Translations under genes and position numbers: made by a program
The notes under the pieces: generated by a model
What the model was told of the DNA's origin: nothing
The model's database searches: none
Seen by the model: only the letters and a program-made list of their open reading frames with translations
Part shown: piece by piece, positions 9,728 to 17,400 of the stretch
How the letters are laid out: the number at the start of each line of letters is the position of its first letter
How positions within the stretch are numbered: the stretch's first letter is position 1
DNA from: Spirochaetaceae bacterium
GTDB taxonomy: Bacteria > Spirochaetota > Spirochaetia > Treponematales > Rectinemataceae
Assembly: GCA_025355995.1 (NCBI GenBank)
Contig: JANXYQ010000099.1
Coordinates: 1 to 24,000 of the forward strand
Reading direction: 5' to 3'
Length of the DNA: 24,000 nucleotides

Positions 9728-10383
9728 CCGAGCCGGTAGTCGGCCAGTTCGATCGGCTCGCGCGACTTCCCGACTCCTGGGACCACAACCGGCACTATCA
9801 ACGGGACATCCTGAAATTGGTCGGCAGGCGTCACGCCGCCCTCGACCTGGGCTGCGGCACCGGCGAGCTCACGCGGCAGCTCGCCCTGCGCTGCGGCTCG
9901 GTGGTCGGGGTGGACGCCTCCCCCTCGATGGTCGCGGAGGCGCGGAAGCGCAACTGGGGACTCAACATCGACTACGTCGAGGGGGACGCCGCGGCCTTCC
10001 TGGAGGGCAAGGCGGGCTCCTTCGACTGCATCACGAGCGTAGCGGCTTTCCATCATATGGACGAGTGGCGAATGCTCGGGCAATGCAAGACCGCCCTCGC
10101 CCCCGGCGGCATCCTCGTGGTCCTCGACCTGTTCAAGGCCGGCACCTTCGGGGACTATCTGGCATCGGCCGCCGCCGCCGCCCTTAATCCCTTCTACAGC
10201 CTCGTCAAAGGCGGACGCCTGGGACAAAGCCGCGAAGAGAGGGAAGCCTGGGCCGAGCACGCGGCCGATGACCGCCACAAGACCCTGGGCGAGCTCCGAG
10301 CCCTGGCTATCGGCGCCCTGGGCGACTGCTCGCTCGAGCGCAAGCTCTTCTGGCGCTACCTCCTGGCCTACGAGAAGCCCTAG
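9712..10383 (+). CDS. class I SAM-dependent methyltransferase
   Basis: Motif I LDLGCGTGELT, then VVGVDASPSMV, FDCITSVAAFHH, LAPGGILVVLD. The start is either ATG 9712 (after GAGGAGAGGG) or ATG 9724 (ATGA overlap with the ddl stop). The track start 9628 lies deep inside ddl. Confidence 0.8.
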   Translation: MDNGMTEPVVGQFDRLARLPDSWDHNRHYQRDILKLVGRRHAALDLGCGTGELTRQLALRCGSVVGVDASPSMVAEARKRNWGLNIDYVEGDAAAFLEGKAGSFDCITSVAAFHHMDEWRMLGQCKTALAPGGILVVLDLFKAGTFGDYLASAAAAALNPFYSLVKGGRLGQSREEREAWAEHAADDRHKTLGELRALAIGALGDCSLERKLFWRYLLAYEKP

Positions 10384-10610
10384 GCTTTGGGGGAGGCCTT
10401 GGACTCGCGGTACTGGGCGACCACCGCGAGGGCGTCCTCGAGGTCCTCTTCTTTCACTAGTACCTTGATGCCGCCCTCGGAGGGGAAGAAGAGGGGATAG
10501 ACCTCCATGAAATGCTCGGAACCGATCTCGGCCTCTATGCCGGTCGATTCTATGAGGCTCTTTACGACGAGGGCCTCGTCCTGGAACATGGTAGCGAACG
10601 CTTCGGCCAC
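10380..10610 (-). CDS. small DUF2007-like protein (putative signal-transducing fold)
   Basis: 76 aa. GTG 10610 lies 6 nt after GGAAGGAG. The pattern xxxDEALVVKSLIESTGIEAEI ... GIKVLVKEEDLEDALAVV resembles DUF2007. Assignment by eye. Confidence 0.55.
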   Translation of the reverse strand: MAEAFATMFQDEALVVKSLIESTGIEAEIGSEHFMEVYPLFFPSEGGIKVLVKEEDLEDALAVVAQYRESKASPKA

Positions 10611-10669
10611 GATGAACTCCTTCCGCCAGTCCCAATGGTACTGAATTCCCTCGATCTAGTCTCGCAGGC

Positions 10670-10675
10670 TATAAT
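10670..10675 (+). promoter_or_regulatory. perfect TATAAT -10 hexamer 8 nt upstream of the phosphoesterase ATG (possible leaderless transcript)
   Basis: TATAAT at 10670-10675 and ATG at 10684. No good -35 (TTCCCT with an 18-nt spacer), no TG extension and no RBS between them. Confidence 0.25.
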
Positions 10676-10683
10676 CGCGGCGC

Positions 10684-11217
10684 ATGCGCATCCTGGCCGT
10701 CTCCGACTCGCACCACGACATCTCCTCCCTCATCCCCGTCCTGCGGCGCTTCGCCCCCAAGGTAGACCTCATCGCCCACCTGGGGGACGGGGTCGCCGAC
10801 CTCGAGGAGGCCGCCGAGCGGGCTAAGTTGCGCCTGCCCCGCGTCGAGGGCGTGCGCGGCAACGGCGACTACGAGACCGAGCTCTGGCCCCGGCGCCTCA
10901 TCGGCAGCTCAGACAGGCCGATCCTCCTCCTCCACGGCCACCTCGAGGGCGTGAGCGACGACCTCGGCCGCATCGTGGTCGCCGCCGAGTCCTGCGGCGC
11001 GAAGCTAGTCCTATTCGGCCACACCCACCGCCCCTTCTTCGAGGAGTACCGCGGCATACTCGCCCTGAACCCGGGCTCCATCTCGCGCCCCCGCGGCCGC
11101 GACCGCCCGACCTTCGCCGTCGTCGACGTCCCCGACGAGGCCGAGCGCTATTTCGGCATCCAGTTCTACGAGGTCGGGACGGGGATCGGGAGGATCCGGG
11201 AGATAGACATCTACTGA
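10684..11217 (+). CDS. YfcE/MJ0936-family metallophosphoesterase
   Basis: 177 aa. Metal-binding motifs in the canonical order: AVSDSHHD, HLGDG, GNGD, LLHGH, FGHTHRP. Confidence 0.85.
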   Translation: MRILAVSDSHHDISSLIPVLRRFAPKVDLIAHLGDGVADLEEAAERAKLRLPRVEGVRGNGDYETELWPRRLIGSSDRPILLLHGHLEGVSDDLGRIVVAAESCGAKLVLFGHTHRPFFEEYRGILALNPGSISRPRGRDRPTFAVVDVPDEAERYFGIQFYEVGTGIGRIREIDIY

Positions 11218-11270
11218 CTCGATGCCTCGTCTGGCGGCGCGCGGGGCCTATCGCCGTCGAGGATCATGGC

Positions 11271-11639
11271 TTACGGCCTCTTGAGCGTGATCGGCTGCAG
11301 CCTCTGGACGCCCGCCTTTATGACGAGCTTCTGTTCCCACGCTACGGCGCCATCCTGGCCCAAGACCCTGAGGTAGTAGTCGCCCGGAGAAATGTTCGCC
11401 AAGGAGAAGCGCCCTAAGGAGTCGGTGAACACCGGCTTCGACCAGACCTGACCCTTCGTATCGAAGAGGTAGACGGAAAGTCCGACCTCCGGGTCGGGGA
11501 CGGATGCGTTCGGATTCTGCAGGAAGAAGGAGCCGGTAACCCTGGAGTCCTGGGCGAGGCAAGGGTACAGGCCGACGACGAAGAATAGCGCGATCGCGGC
11601 GGTTCGCGCCATCCAACCGGTTTTATTGGGCGTGGTCAT
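11271..11639 (-). CDS. small secreted protein with a carboxypeptidase-regulatory-like beta-sandwich (operon gene 9)
   Basis: 122 aa with a signal peptide (ARTAAIALFFVVGLYPCLAQ). TDSLGRFSLANISPGDYYLRV is typical of the CarboxypepD_reg fold. The ATG overlaps the upstream TGA (ATGA). Confidence 0.6.
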   Translation of the reverse strand: MTTPNKTGWMARTAAIALFFVVGLYPCLAQDSRVTGSFFLQNPNASVPDPEVGLSVYLFDTKGQVWSKPVFTDSLGRFSLANISPGDYYLRVLGQDGAVAWEQKLVIKAGVQRLQPITLKRP

Positions 11640-12313
11640 TGGTCACCTCCCGATATCGGCGGCAATGACGCCATCTCCGCCGTGACCGGAGGAAGGGGCG
11701 TCGGAGTGTTTTGGGCTTGCTGTTCGTGGGCGCTCGGGACCGGAGATATCTCGATCGGAGCCGGGAGCTTCGCGAAGGTGTCTTGAATCGGGATTAGGTA
11801 GGTCTTGCGCCAAAATGGATCGGTGCTAACCTCGAGCTGTTTCTTGTCCGGCTTTATGATGATCGTGAGCGTCACGGGATAGGTTTTCGGGGACTCGAAG
11901 AGAACGCTCTGCTGTTTGTCGCCGTTTCTCAGCGGGAAGCTGAAATTGCCGTCGCCTCGAACCGCCATCTCCGGGGGGTAGGCGTAGATCTTCTCGCCCG
12001 GGCCGACAAGGCCGAGGTAGCCGTCGATCCCCCCCAAGAGTACGGTCTTGGATTGGGGAAGCGGACGGTCGAGCCAAGCTAGATAGGCCGGCAGAGCGAT
12101 GGCGACGATGGCCGCGATGACGTAGAGGGCGACCGTCGGGACATTCGTCGAGATCTTCAGCTTGTCCGCCACCTCGATCCTGAGAGCCTCGGGTTGGCGA
12201 TCCGAAGCCAAGATGTCCCGGATCGTGTTGCCCCGACGCGACATCAGCCATGCAGCGATAGCGGCGAAACCCAGCCCGCACGCGAGACAAAGCACGAGAG
12301 ATAGTATGAACAT
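11636..12313 (-). CDS. hypothetical 2-TM membrane protein with a beta-rich ectodomain and Pro-rich tail (operon gene 8)
   Basis: 225 aa. ATG 12313 lies 6 nt after AGGAGG. Two hydrophobic helices (residues about 1-24 and 58-81), then a beta-rich domain (GDGNFSFPL...), then a PTPLPPV tail. Confidence 0.6.
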   Translation of the reverse strand: MFILSLVLCLACGLGFAAIAAWLMSRRGNTIRDILASDRQPEALRIEVADKLKISTNVPTVALYVIAAIVAIALPAYLAWLDRPLPQSKTVLLGGIDGYLGLVGPGEKIYAYPPEMAVRGDGNFSFPLRNGDKQQSVLFESPKTYPVTLTIIIKPDKKQLEVSTDPFWRKTYLIPIQDTFAKLPAPIEISPVPSAHEQQAQNTPTPLPPVTAEMASLPPISGGDQ

Positions 12314-12342
12314 CTTTTTCCTCCTTCGAACGCGCGTAGCCG

Positions 12343-12768
12343 CTAGAGCGTTCTGTAAATCCGCTTCGAGTCCATATTCCCCCTGCGTACGGTCAACGAG
12401 CCGCCCTCGATCGGATCGTAGGTCACCTTGCCGTCACGCCCCGCCACGAAATGGTGGAAATTCTTCGCGGGGTTGTACCAGCACTGGATCTCGAATTCGC
12501 CGTCTTTCGCGGCGTAATCCTTGTCCATCTTGCCTAGGAACTTGATTTTTTTGGGCGCGACGAAATCCACCAGTCGCTGCGGATCCTGCAAATAGCACTC
12601 GGCCTCGATCTCATGCGAGCTCAAGGCTTGATCGTAGATAGCCATGACCTTGGCGTGGCTCATCAGGGCTATTCCGAGGCGGCTCTCGAGCTGAAACAAG
12701 AGGGAGAGGAAATAGCAGCCGAAATGCCGGATGTCGTACGGAAAGGCGTCGTCGGTTTGATAGATCAT
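12343..12768 (-). CDS. hypothetical cytoplasmic protein with a papain-like Cys-His-Asp arrangement, C39-like peptidase or amidase candidate (operon gene 7)
   Basis: 141 aa with no signal peptide or TM segment. Cys18 in HFGCYF, His105/106 in NFHHFV, Asp118 in VTYDP. This order and spacing resemble C39-type papain-fold enzymes. ATGA overlap with the upstream gene. Confidence 0.5.
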   Translation of the reverse strand: MIYQTDDAFPYDIRHFGCYFLSLLFQLESRLGIALMSHAKVMAIYDQALSSHEIEAECYLQDPQRLVDFVAPKKIKFLGKMDKDYAAKDGEFEIQCWYNPAKNFHHFVAGRDGKVTYDPIEGGSLTVRRGNMDSKRIYRTL

Positions 12769-13385
12769 GGCGTCTTCTTTGCCGATTCCGCTTTCAGCGA
12801 CTCTATCGCCTTCGACCCGAAATAGAAGGCCACTACCATTTCGACGACCGCGATTAGGTGAGTGTAGGATTCCTCGATGGGCCTGCTGCTGAAAATATTC
12901 ACGCCCTCCATGACGGCGAAAAGGACGATTGCGGTCAGCGCGATGATACCCCTGATCGTATTTGGCGGGAGGCCGAAGGAATCGTTCTTGTAGGGATTCT
13001 CGGTCGGCTCGTCGATGGGCGGCGTCCCCGCGGTATCGGGGCTCGCTTTACTTTCGCTGACGAGCGTTTTCTTCAGTTCCTCGTACAGCTTCAATTGCGC
13101 TTTGCCCTTCGCGTAGATTTTAGGATATAGAATTTTCCATTCATGGTCGCTGAGGCCGAAGTTGACGGTATATCTATGGATTGCCCACGCGAGATACAGC
13201 ACGATCAGGACCAGCCAGGCCGCCAGGACGCTTCCTGCGATCATGAGCACCGCCGGATCGGCGTTGGCGCCATTCGTTGTCACCATTGTCACCTTTGGCA
13301 TCGTATTTTCGGGATCCACGGCGAAGGCCGACGCGCCGCACAGAATGAGCGAGAATAGGACAAAGACGCCTTGCTTGGTTTTCAT
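12765..13385 (-). CDS. hypothetical membrane protein: signal peptide plus three TM helices (operon gene 6)
   Basis: I prefer ATG 13385 (MKTKQGVFVLFSLILCGASAFA), preceded by GGAAGGTGA. The track's GTG 13394 would give a 4-nt overlap instead. TM helices lie at about residues 48-73, 148-166 and 178-193 of the 209-aa track ORF (GTG 13394 start), with a 75-aa charged loop between the first and second. Confidence 0.6.
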   Translation of the reverse strand: MKTKQGVFVLFSLILCGASAFAVDPENTMPKVTMVTTNGANADPAVLMIAGSVLAAWLVLIVLYLAWAIHRYTVNFGLSDHEWKILYPKIYAKGKAQLKLYEELKKTLVSESKASPDTAGTPPIDEPTENPYKNDSFGLPPNTIRGIIALTAIVLFAVMEGVNIFSSRPIEESYTHLIAVVEMVVAFYFGSKAIESLKAESAKKTP

Positions 13386-13390
13386 GCTTG

Positions 13391-13960
13391 TCACCTTCCC
13401 GTTAAGGCTTGGATGCCGAAGGCCAGCACAGCGCCTAGGGCGGTCCCGATCGAAGCTCCTAGCAGACCGAAGGAACTCTTGGAATTGTCGACCAATCCGC
13501 CCGCAACGCCACCCACGAGGCCGCAGGTGGCATAGGAAACCAGCCTGACTTTCTTCGCGTAGGCCAGGGCCGCGTCGGTATTGTCGGTCGCTCGCTTGAC
13601 GAGGGCCTCGGTGTCGGCTTGCTTTCGCAGCAAGTCGGCGAAGGCCTTATTCTGGATGTCGTTGAGTTCCGCATACTTTACGGAGAGCGCCTCGTAGCTG
13701 GATTCGAGCCCGGCGTAAATCGTTTTCTCTTCTTCGAGCGCATCGTTTATCGCGTCAAGCCTCCTTATCGTGCCGAGGAGGTCATTCGCGGTCTTTATAT
13801 TGACGACATACGCCAGGTTTCGATCATTGTAAAAGGACTGTCCCTTTTTTAGCCAAATGGATTCAGGCTCGTCGTCGGCATTGACGAACTTCTCCTGAGC
13901 CTGTACGGCCATGACGCCGACGGCGAGGCAAAGCGAAAGGACGAGTAAGGGCCCTTTCAT
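13391..13960 (-). CDS. hypothetical secreted coiled-coil protein with a C-terminal glycine-zipper membrane hairpin (operon gene 5)
   Basis: 189 aa. Signal peptide (LLVLSLCLAVGVMAVQA), heptad-like central region, C-terminal GLVGGVAGGLV ... GLLGASIGTALGAVLAFG. AGGAGA RBS and ATGA overlap. Confidence 0.6.
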   Translation of the reverse strand: MKGPLLVLSLCLAVGVMAVQAQEKFVNADDEPESIWLKKGQSFYNDRNLAYVVNIKTANDLLGTIRRLDAINDALEEEKTIYAGLESSYEALSVKYAELNDIQNKAFADLLRKQADTEALVKRATDNTDAALAYAKKVRLVSYATCGLVGGVAGGLVDNSKSSFGLLGASIGTALGAVLAFGIQALTGR

Positions 13961-14463
13961 AGGTTTCTCCTTTTTTTTACTCCTGCCAAGGCGTCCAAGG
14001 CGGCCAGCACCTCCTCGTCGCTCAATCCGGCGGAAAATTCACTGGGCTTCATCGCCTTCAACCTGATGATCTCGGCGTCGATGGCCTTCAGGCTCTCGTT
14101 CTTGCTCGCGATGTCGTCCTTGATCGCGTCGATCTCCTTGAGTTTCGCCGCAAGCTCCGTATCCCTCCATTGGACTATCCCCGCGACCTTGGCTTCGATG
14201 TCCGCGAGGTCTTTCTTGATCTTCTCGTTCTCCTCGGCTATCCGCTTCTCCTCCCCGCTTATGGGGAAGAGCTTGGAGCGCCAACCTCCGAGGCTCTTGA
14301 AGGCGTAGAGGATGGGCGCCAGGAGGCCGACCAGCCAAATAGGCACGTTGCTCTTCTTCAGCCCCTCCGCGAATGTCCTGATGTCGGGGACGAAAAAAGT
14401 CAGGGCGAACAAGGCGGCGCAGATTAGGGCGATGACGAGAATTATCAGCCACAGTTTTTTCAT
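13957..14463 (-). CDS. hypothetical 2-TM protein with a long C-terminal coiled coil (operon gene 4)
   Basis: 168 aa. Two N-terminal hydrophobic helices, then a charged heptad-rich region (EEKRIAEENEKIKKDLADIEAKV...). GGGAG RBS. Confidence 0.6.
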   Translation of the reverse strand: MKKLWLIILVIALICAALFALTFFVPDIRTFAEGLKKSNVPIWLVGLLAPILYAFKSLGGWRSKLFPISGEEKRIAEENEKIKKDLADIEAKVAGIVQWRDTELAAKLKEIDAIKDDIASKNESLKAIDAEIIRLKAMKPSEFSAGLSDEEVLAALDALAGVKKRRNL

Positions 14464-14486
14464 TCGGCTCCCTCGTTACCGAGAAA

Positions 14487-17400
14487 TCACGGATGCGGCA
14501 TCGGTCCCAGGCCCGCGATTTTCCGTATGTCGATCAGGGGTCCCAGAGGTATCTTGATTCCGCCGATGCCGATATCGAGTATTTGCGGCAAGCCCTGCGC
14601 CAGGTCTGCCTTCGATAGCTCGACCTCGTAGATCCCGTCGTACAGGTCCTTGACGATCGTCCCCGGCAGCTGGCTCAAGTCCACGGCCGTCGCGAGGCCG
14701 GGGCCGCAGGGCTGGCCGAGCTTGTCCTTCAATACGAGGGTCGCGACTGGATTGCCGTTCGCGCCTTGGGCGATGCTTACCGTGGTCTTCGCGGGATCGG
14801 GTATGGAGTGGACAGCGAGGCTGCCTACGACGACGCGCTGGAAGTTCCCGGTCTTCGAGCCGCCTCCGGAGATCCTCGCCTCGAGGTAGTAGCTGCCCGC
14901 CGTGTCGGTCGCGCATTGGGCGATTCCCGAGCCCTGAGCGGCGGAGACCGGAGTCGAGACTACGCTTTTGCGGTTGAGCAGGGGGACAGCGGCCGGGTTT
15001 TGACGGAGGATGCTGTAGGCGTCCAGCCGCGGGTCCAGCGCGGGGTCGAGCTTGGGCGCGGCCGCGGCCTTCGAGACGATCTGGGGCTGGGGTTTCGCTA
15101 TCGGATACTTCGCGAGGACTACGGCTGGCGACACGAAAGGTTTGACGACGCTCAGCGTAGAGGGGCGGAGGAATACGCCGCTCAGGCCCTTGCCAGCGGC
15201 TTGGACCGAGATCGGTGCCGATTCGCCCGTGCCCACGGCTTGGGCAGGGGTCTGCGCGACGAGGCGCAGTTCCGGGTCGCGGACCATGACAGCCAGGTAA
15301 TATTGGATCGCCTTGTCGGCATTCGGCTTCGCGCGCTCGATCTTCGCCGAGAATTGCCCCTGCGGACCGACCCCTACATAGCGCCATTCCGGAAGCTTGT
15401 CGATGAGCTTTTTCCATTTCGGGAAAAGCTTCGCGATCAGCCAATGCCAGAAACGCTTATGGGGCACGAGCTTGGGATAGGCATAGAGCGCGGAGCGAAA
15501 GCCCGCCCGCGCGTCGGAGGAGGCCGGGACCAGGGTGACTCCGCCCTGGTCCGCCAGCGAAACCTTCAGGTCCTCGCCGCCGAGCCAGGTAAGGTACAGA
15601 TAGATCGAGGTAATGCTCTTGTTCATGAGCGCCGGCACCGAGACCGAAGCCGAGCCTGCGGCGAGGGTGTCGCTCTTGATCGTCGCGAATTGGATCGCCT
15701 TGTCGCTCTTCAGGGTCGTCAAGCCGGCGAGGAGGTAGCTGTGGATATCGGGGAACATCGGCGGATCCTCGTAATGAGTCCCCCCGGTCCCGGTCGAGAT
15801 CGCCATAAGATTCGCCTGGAACAAGGATCCCGCCCCGTCGGCGATGCCTATCGTATCGACGGGAATTCCCGTATCGGGATACTTGTACTTTTTCTCGTCC
15901 GTGGGGAGGGTCAGGCCGGTTAAGCCGGCGCAATTCGATACTCCCCCATCGAAGTCGTAGCAGACCGTAGGCGGGCTTCCAGGATTGGTGAATACGAGAT
16001 TCTTCACGCCTCCGACATCCTCGAAATAGGCAAAGGGGCGTCTGTTCTGCAGGCCGTCCGTGAAGAGGATCACCTTGCCCTTAGTCGCCGCGGGAACGAT
16101 GGCCTTTATCGCCTGAATCGCGGCGGCCAAGCCGGCGCCCATGGCGGTAGACCCGCTGGCCGCTATCGGCGTCAGGGCGGCGGACAGCTGCGCTTGGACC
16201 GCGTCGCTCATCGACGGCTTGAAGACCATCGTCCCGCCCGTGTCGAAGCAGGACAGGATGTGGTAATCGGTCGAGTAGGTAAAGGCTCCCACGACATCGC
16301 CCCAGGCGAGGATTCCCTTCATCAGGAGGGCGGTATTCAAGACCGCGTTTTTCAGGTGCTGGATCTTCGGGGTACCGCCGTCGTCGTCTCCCATGCTCCC
16401 CGAGACGTCCAGCACCAGGACCACCGACTGCTTGGCGCGGCAGGCGTAGACAAGAGGCGCGGATGCCGTATCGAAAGGATTCCCGGCCAGGTCGGCGATG
16501 GTGGAAGCAGCCTTCGGCCGTATCTTAACAAGATACGTTTCATCCGCCCCAGTCGCCGCGGGAAGATCGCCGGAGATCGTCAGCGTGACTTCCGTCCAGG
16601 TCTTGCCGCCGTCCATTATTTTTGCGGCCGACGCTGTTGCTATGCTCAGTCCCGCGATGGCGCTTCCCGCATCATCCGTGATCTCCCAATTTGCGGGTAC
16701 GTCTCCATTGTTGATCTCTTCGGTAAATGGAACGAGGATCGAGCCGAAGGCGCTCACGGGTCTGCCGTTGACGAGATGGTTTACGCTGTCTGGGTAGGGG
16801 GAGATGGCGTTGAAGGCAGCTGTCGAGGGCGAGGTGAAGTCGATCTTGGGGGCGGTCTTGTCGAGTTTGAAAGCGATAGTCGTTGCCGATACCGCGTTGC
16901 CCTCGGTGTCGGTTATCCCGGAAATAACCAGTTGGTATGCCCCCTCGGCGAAGCCGCCGGCGGGAGGCGAAAGGCTACGTATCTCTTTTCCGGCCGCGGC
17001 GAGGTAGCTCGAGGCTAGAAGCATTCCCGCAGGATTGACCGTGAACGAAGAAACCGTCATGCCTTCGCAACTAAGCGAATAATTCGAAGTATCCCAAGCG
17101 CCGTATACTTTCTCCGAGAAAGTAATGACGATATCCGAAAGTTCCTTTACAAAGCTGCCATTGGCTGGAACGACACTCGTTATCGATGGAGCGGATGAAC
17201 GCATATTGGTGATTCTGCCGGCGATGAAGGATCTCAGATTCGTTTTAGTCACGGGACTCCAATCGAAGTTCGTCAGGTTGTTTACCGATCCTGACGCCGC
17301 TTGACCCGCGTTGTTATCCGAATCGGAGATTTCGTATTGGTCCGCTACTTTCCCCGTAGTATCCAGGAGGTATCCCCACCAGAATTCCGAGCCTGCAGTT

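Noticed and set aside
11218-11270. Bidirectional rho-independent terminator between the convergent phosphoesterase gene and the last operon gene.
   Set aside because: Only a weak interrupted stem is present (CCTCG...GGCG / CGCC...CGAGG) with a 15-nt loop and no U-tract on either strand.
11271-14463. Intact prophage or complete phage lysis cassette.
   Set aside because: There are no terminase, portal, capsid, tail or integrase genes in the window. The small proteins are larger than typical holins, and there is no small lipoprotein o-spanin. Only the topological analogy is kept, as a hypothesis in the findings.
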